From Euryarchaeota archaeon UBA433 (GTDB lineage Archaea; Thermoplasmatota; Poseidoniia; Poseidoniales; Poseidoniaceae): DNA of 59,275 nucleotides. The DNA is taken from the NCBI GenBank assembly GCA_002495535.1, contig DAFX01000038.1, positions 2,439 to 61,713 on the forward strand, written 5' to 3'. A model generated the notes under the pieces. That model did not search any database. It was not told the origin of the DNA and saw only the letters and a list, made by a program, of their open reading frames with translations. Positions 26,798-37,117 of the stretch are shown one piece after another (position 1 is the stretch's first letter; each line of letters opens with the position of its first letter). A program made the translations under genes and the position numbers.

Positions 26798-27502
26798 TTA
26801 GTTCAGTCGTCCATTGGGGTTGATGATGGTCTCTACACCATTTGCTCCAGCAAGGACCACTGCGTCGCACATGCCATTGAACAATCCGACTTGAACCACG
26901 CCTGCAACGTGCAGAATGGCTGCCTCAAGACCTACTGGGTCAGTGATGTTGGGTCCCATGTGAGCATCAGCGATCATGTTTCCATTATCGGTGACAACAG
27001 GATTGTCTCCCGCCATGCGGCAATTGACTCGGCAATCAAGCAGTCGCCCGAGTGCACGAATCGTCGCTTGGTGTTCAAACGGCGTGACCTCGATTGGCAG
27101 GGGGAAGGCTCCAAGGGCCAAGACTCGCTTTCTGTCATCAGCCACGACGACCATCGCTGCAGACTCTTGGGCGACAACCTTTTCGCGAAGCAATGCGGCA
27201 CCACCGCCTTTGATGAGTTGAAAATCGGGGTCGTATTCATCCGCACCATCGATGACGATGTCCAAGCCATCGATCGACGAAAGTTCGACAAGTGGAATGC
27301 CCACCTGAGTAGCAAGTTGTTCGGTCGCAAGAGAAGTGGGTACGCCGACGATTTCCAGTCCCTCTTCTGCCATGCGGCGGCCAAGTTCCACGACCGTGTG
27401 CTTGACGGTAGATCCGGTGCCAAGCCCGACCTTCATACCGGTTTTGACAAAGCTGCAAGCCGCAATCCCAGCCTCTTTTTTCAGGGCTTCAACATCGGTC
27501 AT
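26798..27502 (-). CDS. rpiA: Ribose-5-phosphate isomerase A
   Basis: GLGTGSTV, GVPTS, IDGADE, KGGGAALLREK. Confidence 0.9.
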   Translation of the reverse strand: MTDVEALKKEAGIAACSFVKTGMKVGLGTGSTVKHTVVELGRRMAEEGLEIVGVPTSLATEQLATQVGIPLVELSSIDGLDIVIDGADEYDPDFQLIKGGGAALLREKVVAQESAAMVVVADDRKRVLALGAFPLPIEVTPFEHQATIRALGRLLDCRVNCRMAGDNPVVTDNGNMIADAHMGPNITDPVGLEAAILHVAGVVQVGLFNGMCDAVVLAGANGVETIINPNGRLN

Positions 27503-27635
27503 GGCATCGTTTCAATGAGGGGAGTCCTTGAGGCTTTGCGCCAACTTAGCTTCAAAATTATCGAGCATCCCGTAGGGATGGTTCCATGTTTGCTGGCCGA
27601 AGTCTTTTCACCTGCCGAGGTTCGTCATCACCTTC

Positions 27636-30600
27636 ATGGGGTCGGCTGGGAGCGTGCGTTTTCATGCGGTCGCGATGGTGACCTTGTTTGTTCTCTCTAC
27701 TCTTTTGCTCGGCTACACCCCATCCGATGCCTCGAGTTTAGGGGCCCAACAAAATGCTCACGAAGCGGTGACATTGGGCCAAGCAGAATCCATTACGATC
27801 GGTTCCTTTCCCGATGGGGCAAGCACCAAGGTCGAACTGGAGATCCCAGATGGTGAAGCGATTCAAGGCATAGATATCGATGTTGAACACGCCCGTCTAC
27901 AATCGTCTATGGCCGCTTCGTGGACCGAATCAAACGACTTCTCAAACGGGGCAGTGTATGACGGCATGGACGTCAATGGTTCTTCTCTAAGCATTCTCCC
28001 TCAGGGTTGGGAGTGGGATTTCGAAAACGCCAATCACGGCTGGACCCTTGGTTCCCCTGCATGGCTTTGGGGCTTTGACACCAGTCTTGGCCAAGCAACT
28101 AGCGTGAGCAGCGGAACAAAGGCCATTTACACCTACAACGGAAATTATCCAAACAATATGGGTTCAACGATTTGGGCCACATCCCCTGTGATGGATTGTT
28201 CTTCGTGCTCAGGGTCATGGGACTTGGATTTCATGAAGCGCCTCGGCGTTGAAAGTTCCTCCTGGGACCATGCTTATGTTTCCGTAAAGAGCACCAATGG
28301 CAACTGGGTCAATGTCTATTCAAATTCGGGTTCTGTCAACGACGGTTCCATGACTTCACAAACTATTTCGATCACCAATTATGTTGCCGGCAACGCAAAT
28401 TTCCAAGTTCGTTTCGGGATTGGAACCACGGACAGTTCGGTGACCTACACCGGTTGGAACGTGGACGATGTATCGGTCTTGCCGACCGCAAGCGGTGTCT
28501 CCTCAGGTGAGGGCAACTGGACTTCAGCGGCGTTCGGACCCAGCCAATTTGGTCAAGGCGAAAACAAGGCCTACGGTTACCTTCACATCGATGCGGTCAT
28601 ACCAGCTAACTCTGTGTTCGAATGGCGCCTTCTCGATGCCGTGACGCTTCAACCCGTAGCTGGCTTTGAACACATGACTGGGGTCAGTGTAGATCTCGGT
28701 GTGGTCGATTGGACCATGCATCCGTTGGTTCGCTTGGACCTCCACATGCAAAGCGGTTCGATGGGCATTCCAACGGTTCATGGCTTCCATTTTAACGGGA
28801 TCTTGTTCGAAGACTTTGATCAAGATCCAACGAATCAAGGGTGGCAATTGCAGAGCCAAACTTGGTCTCCAGGCCAACTCAGCGGCAGTGGCAGCGCCGT
28901 CTCTCCAATTTACAATGTGCGGAGTGGTTTTGGCGGCATCCTTTCCAACAGCGTCCTAAGTGGCTCCGCAGTGCTTGAGGCAACGGTCGATGGCGGCTTA
29001 ACATGGGACACGATCACGCCCGGGGTCCGTCACCTGTTCGATGGACCAGAGTTCTCCGCACAACTCCGTTTGACCTCCTCCGGTGGCTCGTGGACCCTCG
29101 ACACGTTAGACATTGAATTAATTCGCACGAGTGTGGTTGATGATCTGCGTTTCGATGTTGCCCTCGATGGCGTTGCAGACTGGTCGATGGCCCTGCCAGA
29201 AGTAGGACGGTTAGGGATCCAAGATGGGTTCCTTGACGGTTCGCTATGGCAGAGTCGTGCTTCATCGCCAAGCGCACCAGCACTGTATGATTTGGCGTTG
29301 CCTCTTGATGGTGTGAATGCCTTTGAATTTGCAGTTGCATCACCCGCAGCCCCCTCGGTCAACCCGACGGTAAAACTCTCCGTCGACGGTCAAGAAGTCG
29401 TGAGCAAGAGCGTACCAACGATTCAAGATTTGACCTTTGTTCGTTTGACTTCATCAGAACTTGCAAACCTCAACAGTGCACTGTCTCAGGCCGTTGCAAC
29501 TCACGGCCCGAAAGGGTTGCCCTTGGCTTCAGTTGGTATTTCTATAGGTTCCTCCTCTTCGATGAACTCCTTTGTGGCAGGCGGAATTTTCGCTCCCTAT
29601 GACGGTGCGCTGAGCATGGCCTTCACGGCAAGCGACCCGTTGGTGGTCGCCTTGAACAATGAATTGACATCGCAAACTGCGATTGGTGGGGTTAAGACGA
29701 TCAGCATGCCAATTCGAATGGGCGCAACGGGTGCGATCTCCATAACCGTCGATCAAATCAACACTCAAAGTTCAGTGGACCCAGTCTCCATTCAGGTGAG
29801 CAATGTAAGCGATACTTTCGTTGCTTCAACCGAATGGATTGAAGTGAGCAGCACCTTTGATTTCGCTCCTCTTGGAGTGACTGATGCTGCTTCATACGTC
29901 AAAACTAACGGTTGGTCCGTGGTTCTACAACTCCAAGGCTTGGTTCGAAGTTCTCACATTACCTGTCCATTTGTCTCACTTCCAGCTGAGGGCAACCTTG
30001 GTTGTTCAACCCAAGGCGCTCCAATGGTCTGGTCGGATAATGGAGCCCTCGGCTCCAAGCAAATCACTGGAAGTGGTTCCTTCCTTCAAATCGACCACAG
30101 GTTCAAATTCACGGAACAATGGGATGACGAAGATTCATTGACGCTTTCAGTGAACCTCATATCGCCTTCCGGGCCAATGATTCCGGTGAGTATGAACTAC
30201 GGCCTTGGCGATGCACAAGGCGTGGAGAACGATGTCCAACTCACATCGTGGCGTTCGGTCAATCAAGTTGGAGTTGGGACCGAACTTGCCCACCCATACC
30301 TCCACCCCGGTGAAGTGGTCACCATCGAGGCTGATTTGGACTTTGAAGGGCTCGCAAATTCTCCTTCGCCTCGCTCGGGAAGCGTCGATGTCTGTTTCTA
30401 TGTAGATGACGTTCAGAATCAATGCACAAGCGTGTACAATCGTGGTGTTGCATCCTTCCCGTGGAACGTTCCTTCCGGCAAACAGAGCGTGGACCTTCGA
30501 ATCGAACTGGTCCCACTGCAAGGGCAAAGCGTCAGTTACGCTGTTTCAAACACTGCAACGTTCAACTTCGATGTGATTGCACCAGAATTGCTGGGTATGA

Positions 30601-32687
30601 ACGTGGCAACTTTTGATCATATGGATGCGGGTCCAAACACCGCCCTTGAATTCCGCATTGCGGACCGTCCAGTCCTACCATCTCATGCCTATGTTCACAT
30701 GTGGCGCTCATGGTTGGACGACGCCAACATGGATGGAATCATGGACGCTGAGGAAGTGTCTATTCTGGAATTGCAAGTACCTGAAAACAGAAGTCAAGTT
30801 CAGGCAGATTACCTTTACAGTTTTGATTCTTCTTCCTACCAATCCGGCGCTATGATGCGAGGTTGGCTTGACGTAGCTGACTCAGCGGGCAACCCTATGC
30901 TTGCTTCTGGCACAATAGAATCGCCTTTGTTTAACCTCCAAATCAACAATGACGGCGCCCCTCAACTCGGTTCCACACCCGCAACTTGGAACACCGATGG
31001 TGAGGCCTGGTTGCACCCGGGTGAACACAACTTGCTTAGCGTCCCTGTCTGGGATATGAATGGAATTTCCGACCTGGCGACAATCGAAATCGACCTCGCA
31101 AGCAACCGCAACACGCCGGTTTTCGTTTCCTGGAACGCTACAACCAACCTGTGTGAAAGCAACAATATCTTTGTTGAAATTGAATCTTGCTTGCTGGAAG
31201 CTGTGAGCAGCGAGGATGTGTTTTCTACCGAGGGTATGTTTCACGTGAATTTCTCCCTTGAATGGGGCTTTGATCCCGATGTGAGTTTGAAACGAACGCC
31301 GTCGGTTCTCGTTCACGATCGTTCTGGGCAATCCAACGTCGCCAGCCTACCATTACTTGATTGGCGGTTCTCAGGCGAATTTGAAATCCCTCAAACAAGC
31401 ATGTCCTTTGATGTTGAGGGCACACCCATGGACGCCTTGGGCACATGGATTCAGCCTCGCTCAGAAATAGGCGTGAGCGGAGATTTAGTTTGGTACCGTT
31501 CTCAACATCCAGTTGTTCAATCCGTTGATCTGCAGGTCGATATCGGCGGTACAGAGTCTGTCATGGAATCAATAAATGGTTCGTTTTCCGACACCATCAC
31601 AGCCCCGCTCTCACCTGGCACCTACGGGCTCACAACCTCACTCTCAGATCCTCCGAACGGTGCCATTGACCGAACAGAACCCGCTCCATTTGCATATTTC
31701 ATCGTCGACCCTCAGGCCCCAAGTGTTGTAGGGGTTGCCTCACCACCTGTCAGTGGTGTCATCGAAGAATCCTCGTGGGCTGATTTGAAGTTCGAGATCA
31801 TGATCGATGAGGAAGACCGATTGAATGAAGAAAGCCTCACGCTGAACTGGGCTGTCCATGAAGAGGGTCTTGGTTTGTCAAGTCCGATCATCGTCAACGG
31901 CTCAGTCATGCTCGAGGTGGTTGGCGGCAGGGCTTACGGTTCGATGATCCCTACAGAGGCTCAGTTGAACCTCGATGAGCAGTTGACCACCACAATGCGC
32001 TCAAAAGCCCTCGAATTAAGAATTTACGTCACGGGTTCAGATGTTGCAGGTTACCCAATGGTGCCGATTTTCAACGATCTCGATGCGCCCTTATCCGTTT
32101 GGGCTCTCGAGCAACGGGTTGCAGAATACACCTTCCTTGATCCTGGCATGAAGCCGTCAAAAGATCTGGCCGAAGGCGATGTTGTCACCTTGGCTGTGAC
32201 CATTGAAAACAACGGCAGGGCTGATGGTTTGGCTCAAATGTTTGTGGAACGCGTTGAAAGCAACGGGGCAAGAACTCGAATTGACGCTCGGGAAATCCAA
32301 ATTCCAGCTGGCGGGCAATTGGAATACAGCAAGGATTGGATGCCGGATCGCTCTGGCACAATGTGGATTGAATACCACATTATCAGTGGGCCTTCGGCTC
32401 AAACAAACACGGTGTTTGTTGATGAGCCAAGAACTGAAGGGGTTCTTGGAAGTGTGGCTGCCGTCAACCCGGTTCTTTTAATCATCATCTTTTTGCTGAG
32501 CGTATCCCTCGTAGCGGTCTTGTTGTTTGGCCTCCAATCCCCTCAACCGAAGAATTGGAACGTCGAGCAGAGCAAGGCCGTTGACAAGGCACTGCCGACA
32601 TTATCCAAACCAGTGGATGCCCCAGAATCAGGCCCCTACGGCGCTGAACAAGCGAGTTCTTCCCCTGGCGAAAACCCGTACCAGTGA
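27636..32687 (+). CDS. Giant (1683 aa) secreted surface protein: MAM/choice-of-anchor-J-like N-terminal module, long beta-rich body, CARDB-like domain, TM anchor, cytoplasmic tail
   Basis: Signal peptide MVTLFVLSTLLLGYTPSDA, WEWDFENANHGW...GWNVDDVSVLP, CARDB-like DLAEGDVVTLAVTIENNGRADG...IQIPAGGQLEYS, and TM helix VNPVLLIIIFLLSVSLVAVLLFGL. Confidence 0.8.
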   Translation: MGSAGSVRFHAVAMVTLFVLSTLLLGYTPSDASSLGAQQNAHEAVTLGQAESITIGSFPDGASTKVELEIPDGEAIQGIDIDVEHARLQSSMAASWTESNDFSNGAVYDGMDVNGSSLSILPQGWEWDFENANHGWTLGSPAWLWGFDTSLGQATSVSSGTKAIYTYNGNYPNNMGSTIWATSPVMDCSSCSGSWDLDFMKRLGVESSSWDHAYVSVKSTNGNWVNVYSNSGSVNDGSMTSQTISITNYVAGNANFQVRFGIGTTDSSVTYTGWNVDDVSVLPTASGVSSGEGNWTSAAFGPSQFGQGENKAYGYLHIDAVIPANSVFEWRLLDAVTLQPVAGFEHMTGVSVDLGVVDWTMHPLVRLDLHMQSGSMGIPTVHGFHFNGILFEDFDQDPTNQGWQLQSQTWSPGQLSGSGSAVSPIYNVRSGFGGILSNSVLSGSAVLEATVDGGLTWDTITPGVRHLFDGPEFSAQLRLTSSGGSWTLDTLDIELIRTSVVDDLRFDVALDGVADWSMALPEVGRLGIQDGFLDGSLWQSRASSPSAPALYDLALPLDGVNAFEFAVASPAAPSVNPTVKLSVDGQEVVSKSVPTIQDLTFVRLTSSELANLNSALSQAVATHGPKGLPLASVGISIGSSSSMNSFVAGGIFAPYDGALSMAFTASDPLVVALNNELTSQTAIGGVKTISMPIRMGATGAISITVDQINTQSSVDPVSIQVSNVSDTFVASTEWIEVSSTFDFAPLGVTDAASYVKTNGWSVVLQLQGLVRSSHITCPFVSLPAEGNLGCSTQGAPMVWSDNGALGSKQITGSGSFLQIDHRFKFTEQWDDEDSLTLSVNLISPSGPMIPVSMNYGLGDAQGVENDVQLTSWRSVNQVGVGTELAHPYLHPGEVVTIEADLDFEGLANSPSPRSGSVDVCFYVDDVQNQCTSVYNRGVASFPWNVPSGKQSVDLRIELVPLQGQSVSYAVSNTATFNFDVIAPELLGMNVATFDHMDAGPNTALEFRIADRPVLPSHAYVHMWRSWLDDANMDGIMDAEEVSILELQVPENRSQVQADYLYSFDSSSYQSGAMMRGWLDVADSAGNPMLASGTIESPLFNLQINNDGAPQLGSTPATWNTDGEAWLHPGEHNLLSVPVWDMNGISDLATIEIDLASNRNTPVFVSWNATTNLCESNNIFVEIESCLLEAVSSEDVFSTEGMFHVNFSLEWGFDPDVSLKRTPSVLVHDRSGQSNVASLPLLDWRFSGEFEIPQTSMSFDVEGTPMDALGTWIQPRSEIGVSGDLVWYRSQHPVVQSVDLQVDIGGTESVMESINGSFSDTITAPLSPGTYGLTTSLSDPPNGAIDRTEPAPFAYFIVDPQAPSVVGVASPPVSGVIEESSWADLKFEIMIDEEDRLNEESLTLNWAVHEEGLGLSSPIIVNGSVMLEVVGGRAYGSMIPTEAQLNLDEQLTTTMRSKALELRIYVTGSDVAGYPMVPIFNDLDAPLSVWALEQRVAEYTFLDPGMKPSKDLAEGDVVTLAVTIENNGRADGLAQMFVERVESNGARTRIDAREIQIPAGGQLEYSKDWMPDRSGTMWIEYHIISGPSAQTNTVFVDEPRTEGVLGSVAAVNPVLLIIIFLLSVSLVAVLLFGLQSPQPKNWNVEQSKAVDKALPTLSKPVDAPESGPYGAEQASSSPGENPYQ

Positions 32688-32737
32688 ATTGGATCTGCTA
32701 GCGAAGGGTTTGAATCCTCGACGGTGAAGGCCTTCTT

Positions 32738-33040
32738 GGAGGGAGTAGGAGGATCGCTGACAGAGTTCGACTCTGAGGAAAGTCCCCTCTCCACAGTGCA
32801 GACGGCTTACACAAGTAAGAGAACAGAAATGGTCAGGTCAATGCAGCAGAAACGAACGATGCAAGGTGTGTACAATGACGTTGAAAGACAGAGATTGCCT
32901 TGTGGTCGATGAGACGAGCAACCCCGTCGGAGCAAGTCCAAACAGTCCCGTCGAAGCGGCACGCCGAGGGACAGGTAGGATGCTAAGTTGAATGCGGTCA
33001 CCGAGAGGTAACAGAAAGGGGCTTACTCCCTACTCCCTCC
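32738..33040 (+). ncRNA. rnpB: RNase P RNA (archaeal type-A-like)
   Basis: A 12-bp terminal helix pairs GGAGGGAGTAGG (32738-32749) with CCTACTCCCTCC (33029-33040). The universal CR-I GAGGAAAGTCCCC, GGAGCAAGTCCAAACAG (CR-IV-like) and ACAGAAAGGGGCTTAC (CR-V, P4 3' strand) are all present in the correct order. Confidence 0.85.
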
Positions 33041-33054
33041 ACTCTCGTTGCGCT

Positions 33055-35925
33055 TCAATGTTCAAGCACTGCGTCCAGCGGTTTCATCGAGATTGGCGAT
33101 GCTAAAGCAATGCCGTCCCCGTAGTCTCGCCAATCTTCTTCTCCGAGCAATTTGCTGCGAGCAGTGTGCTCGAGCGTGATCACTGCAGGGAGCAAGAACG
33201 CACTTGTGACGAAAGCAAAGAAAATCAGCAAACACATGATCATGAAGAAATTCTCGAGGCCGGGGAACGCAGCAAGGAACCCAGCAGCAATTCCAGAAAT
33301 CGTCGTAATTGTCGTTTCAAAAATGGTCTGACCAGTTTCTTCGATGGCGTTCGCTATGCCCGTCGGTGTTTCGCCTTCTTCCTGAATGCGATGCATCACG
33401 TGAATTGAATCATCCACCCCGATACCGAACACAATCGTTCCAATCATGGCGGTAAAGATGTTCACGTTGACATCGCCACTCTGCATGAGCAGAGGTTGCC
33501 AAAGAATGACAACAGCAACCGGGATCATCGTGTAAATACCAAGCCGTGGCGAACGGAAGACAATGGCCAACACGACGGTCAACAACAACAAGGTCACGAT
33601 GGTGGTCAAACTTTGTGTGTCGTGAATACCATCATTGATGTCAAGCGAAACAGGTAGCCCGCCTGTAAGTAAAGAAGTACTTGTTTTTGCCACTTCGGGC
33701 TCTTCGGAGAGCAATCCATCAATTTCATCTCGAAGCTCCCCTGCTACATTGAGGTTCATATACGGCTGAGTGACGTAGACGATGGCTTTTGTTCCCGCTT
33801 CGTTCAACAGCATCGAGCGAACTTCTTCGGTCAAGGTGTCAAACACGGCGTTGACCATGTCCTTTCTAAGCCCCTTACGACCTTCAGGTCCGGTCAATTC
33901 CAGACCGAGCCAAACGTTGCATTGGATTGGATCATTGCTTTCCCAGCACGGATCGTGAAGCAGATCCCAAAGACTGCCTTCGTAGAGCGTCACACCATCG
34001 GTTAAGGTGATGGTTGCTGGAATGGTTCTCAGGAAGGTGATGATGCTGGTGGTGTTGGTTTCATCGACCTGGTCGATTTGGTTTTCGAGTGCATCGATGG
34101 CGTCCAACACGGGCAGGTCTCTGATGTTCTCGGTGTTGTTCGCTTGCGCTTCTGCAGTGCGTTCCTCGGCATTAAAGATGAACAATGAAGTCTGACCGCC
34201 GCTGAATTCTCGTGAATACTTAGCAAGTGAGTCCAGCGATGCAATGCCATCAGGCGCTTCTGAAGATCCGGTGATGGGTTCGTCCATTTTGTCCAGATTC
34301 GCAACGCCATAGGCAGTCACACTGCCTGAAACCAGCAGGATGACTAAGAACCACTTGACTGGCCAAGTGCCGATGTTTTTCCACATTGAGGGGTTGGTTC
34401 TTTTGCTGAATTTGAGCAACCAAGCAAGCGTCGGGACCAAAATGATGCTGAAGATGAGTGTCGATGTGATGCCGATCACCAGGGTGATACCCACTGAACG
34501 GATTGGGGAAATGGGGACGATCGTCGGGGCGATGAGCACAGAGAAACCAATCACAGTCGTCATGGCGGACAAGAACACCGCCACGCCCGTTGAACGGGTC
34601 ATTTCGAGCACACAGTCTCGATAGAAATTGATGTCCCATAAGTCGGGAACCGGTTGCAAAGCCTCGCCTGAACGTCGCCGTCGAGCATTTTCATCGTTGG
34701 CTTTGTCGATTTCTTTACGCCGTACCTCTTCGATGCGATTGACCATATGCAAGGCATAATCGACGCCTAAACCAATTAAAATTGGGAATGTTGCAACAAT
34801 CATCGGGGTGAGGGTGATGTCAAGGATCACCGAACTTCCAAAAGTGACTGCAAGCGCCATCACAATGGGGGTCCCCGTAATCACGACCACCTTTGCCGAT
34901 CGATGCAGTGCGGTGATGACCAACACTGTGAATAAAATCGACCATGGCAAAATCATCAAGAGGTCTTCGTAGATTGCGTCGGATATGTCTTCGAGAACCT
35001 TAGTCAGTCCTGTCACCGTCATCTCCGTTTCCTGATATTCAGTTGGCCGATCATCGATGACGGCTTGGAAATGGGCTAGAAGTTCTGAAAAGTCTTCGAA
35101 ATCCTTCGTCTCAGAGAGGTCGCTTTTCATGCCAACCAAAATGGCCGCTGTGTCCCAAATACCATCCCCGTCCATGTCGTTGGTGGTGTTACCATCCCCA
35201 TCGCTATCGTAGAAGGGGTCCATATCGTTGGTGTCTTTGAACAAGGCATCGAAACCACCGTCGGATTCCTCGATGATTTGGTCGATTCGCTGCTGGTCTG
35301 GGATTGCATAGCGTCCACCGCCCGGTAGGTCACAATCGACATCGACTGGGATTCGAGTGTTGATGCCGTGGACGCACAGTGAATTGTTGAATCGTCCGTC
35401 TGCTGAGTTCACTTCCTTGATGACCTGTGCTGGTGAAATAATCCAGAGCACACCATCATTTCGCCCATGGTCTTCCTTATCGTAATCAATTCCACGTTGG
35501 GTTGAAGCACCATTTGCATTGTCATCATCGCCCTCAACCCAACTTATTTCTTTGAGGAATTGCTCATTCGTGATGTTTGTTGTAAACGATGGGTTGTCGG
35601 CGTTAGGCGTCTGTATATAGATTACAGCAATGTCCGTTGACCATTCTTCTCGCACTTCGAGAAGCAATTCCGTTGAAGGGGCGCCATCTGGCAAAAAGAT
35701 CTCGACGTCGTCGTCAATCTGTTCTTGAAAATCCAAACCTTGGCTGCCAAAAATACCAGCCACAATCATGAGCAAAACGACGACCATAATTGGGGAAGCG
35801 AGGATGTTTCCGTACATCGAGTCGACTCGACGCATCGATTCATTTTTGAAACGCTTTTGGAACTCCGAAAGAGGTTCTAGGAAACCGGTGAGGAGTTTTC
35901 CTCCATCGCCAGATTCACTTGCCAT
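33055..35925 (-). CDS. RND-superfamily exporter, COG1033/MMPL-like (12 TM, two large extracytoplasmic domains)
   Basis: The motif GLGVDYALHMVNRIEE is duplicated as GIGVDDSIHVMHRIQEE in two TM bundles, with large hydrophilic loops after TM1 and TM7. Confidence 0.8.
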   Translation of the reverse strand: MASESGDGGKLLTGFLEPLSEFQKRFKNESMRRVDSMYGNILASPIMVVVLLMIVAGIFGSQGLDFQEQIDDDVEIFLPDGAPSTELLLEVREEWSTDIAVIYIQTPNADNPSFTTNITNEQFLKEISWVEGDDDNANGASTQRGIDYDKEDHGRNDGVLWIISPAQVIKEVNSADGRFNNSLCVHGINTRIPVDVDCDLPGGGRYAIPDQQRIDQIIEESDGGFDALFKDTNDMDPFYDSDGDGNTTNDMDGDGIWDTAAILVGMKSDLSETKDFEDFSELLAHFQAVIDDRPTEYQETEMTVTGLTKVLEDISDAIYEDLLMILPWSILFTVLVITALHRSAKVVVITGTPIVMALAVTFGSSVILDITLTPMIVATFPILIGLGVDYALHMVNRIEEVRRKEIDKANDENARRRRSGEALQPVPDLWDINFYRDCVLEMTRSTGVAVFLSAMTTVIGFSVLIAPTIVPISPIRSVGITLVIGITSTLIFSIILVPTLAWLLKFSKRTNPSMWKNIGTWPVKWFLVILLVSGSVTAYGVANLDKMDEPITGSSEAPDGIASLDSLAKYSREFSGGQTSLFIFNAEERTAEAQANNTENIRDLPVLDAIDALENQIDQVDETNTTSIITFLRTIPATITLTDGVTLYEGSLWDLLHDPCWESNDPIQCNVWLGLELTGPEGRKGLRKDMVNAVFDTLTEEVRSMLLNEAGTKAIVYVTQPYMNLNVAGELRDEIDGLLSEEPEVAKTSTSLLTGGLPVSLDINDGIHDTQSLTTIVTLLLLTVVLAIVFRSPRLGIYTMIPVAVVILWQPLLMQSGDVNVNIFTAMIGTIVFGIGVDDSIHVMHRIQEEGETPTGIANAIEETGQTIFETTITTISGIAAGFLAAFPGLENFFMIMCLLIFFAFVTSAFLLPAVITLEHTARSKLLGEEDWRDYGDGIALASPISMKPLDAVLEH

Positions 35926-35998
35926 GGATGTGGCATGATGAGCAGGGTCTTGAATGATGCTCTGTCAAACGCTGCGATTGCGCTGCTCTCAAACCACA

Positions 35999-36943
35999 TC
36001 AGTCGAGTCCGAATTCACGAACAAGCAGATGGCGGAGGAAGCCTCGAGCGCTCTGAAGCACCAAGCCGGTTGCCATGAGCGACAGGCCAAGCACACCAAT
36101 CCACACTGCGGAAAGACCCGGGCCAACGATGCTGTCAATTTGGGTGGTGACGCCTTGTGCGACGTTCAGACCCATTGCAGCCCCTGTTGCCAACAGGCCA
36201 ATGCCGGGCAGTCCAAGGACCAGAAGTGGTTTCTTTTGAGAAAGAGAAAGCATGGCCCAGGTCAACACGGTGAAACCATGAGATACCGCGGTAAAGTTTG
36301 AGCCCTTGGGGACATCATATCGGATCACGGTTGGTATTTCGAGAATTTTCAATTGCTTTTCTCGAGCATCTTCAAGCATTTCTAGGGACAATTCCATGCC
36401 CTCTGAATCGAACCGCAGGCGTTCTAAAGCAGTGCTAGAGAACGCTCTGAACCCTGATTGTGTGTCTTTGATGCCCAGGTCGCTTGAGAGGTTGCTTGCT
36501 GCTGTGATGACCTTGATACCAAGGCGGCGGTAGGCTGGCATGTCTGTTCCGCCACCACCGTTGATGAAGCGAGAACCAATGGCGAAATCGGCCTCTCCAG
36601 AGAAAATAGGTTGGAGGAGTTTGGGAATGTCCCCAGCTTCGTGTTGTCCATCGCTGTCAAGCACTACAAGTGCAGTTGCGTTCATTTCTCTTGCTTGGAT
36701 GAACAGCGTCTTGAGTGCAGCGCCGTACCCTCGATTTGAACGATGGCGGTAGACGATTGCCCCACATGCTTCTGCGATTCGAGCGCTTGAATCAGAAGAC
36801 CCGTCGTCGATACAGATCACCGCGTCAACATGGCGCAGTGCGGTGGTTACAACGGTCCCAATGGTTTCTTCTTCGTTGTACATGGGCATACCAGCAACAA
36901 CGAAAGAGGGAGGCGTTTGCTCCTGTTTCACCATGGTTTTCAC
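35999..36943 (-). CDS. Family 2 glycosyltransferase with C-terminal TM helices
   Basis: VVAGMPMYNEEETIG, ICIDDGSSDSS, VVLDSDGQH, DTQSGFRAF, plus two C-terminal helices. Confidence 0.85.
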   Translation of the reverse strand: MKTMVKQEQTPPSFVVAGMPMYNEEETIGTVVTTALRHVDAVICIDDGSSDSSARIAEACGAIVYRHRSNRGYGAALKTLFIQAREMNATALVVLDSDGQHEAGDIPKLLQPIFSGEADFAIGSRFINGGGGTDMPAYRRLGIKVITAASNLSSDLGIKDTQSGFRAFSSTALERLRFDSEGMELSLEMLEDAREKQLKILEIPTVIRYDVPKGSNFTAVSHGFTVLTWAMLSLSQKKPLLVLGLPGIGLLATGAAMGLNVAQGVTTQIDSIVGPGLSAVWIGVLGLSLMATGLVLQSARGFLRHLLVREFGLD

Positions 36944-37117
36944 CGTTTAGGGGCTAATGTAGACCTATTTAGTCGTATAGACAATATTGTTGTATTGATT
37001 CACTTTTGCGATTAAGGGGTTAGGTCCTTCAACCCGCCGAAGCGGTGTGAGGACGGCTTCTGCGCAGAGCAGGTGCTCATCATAGATGAGATGTACCTCA
37101 GATCAAGGCGGTTTGCC

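Noticed and set aside
26891-27856. 321-aa plus-strand ORF spanning rpiA (antisense) and the start of the giant gene.
   Set aside because: RpiA motifs on the minus strand are unambiguous, and the downstream part is out of frame with the signal-peptide-bearing giant ORF. It is a shadow ORF.
32724-32912. 62-aa ORF in the giant/exporter gap.
   Set aside because: It lies entirely within the region that folds as RNase P RNA, including the CR-I GAGGAAAGTCC element.
37040-37115. ATGATGA and CTGA motifs on the minus strand, suggestive of a C/D-box sRNA.
   Set aside because: The box order and spacing are wrong. CTGA elements precede the C-like box, and no terminal D box lies 50-70 nt downstream. There is no terminal stem either.
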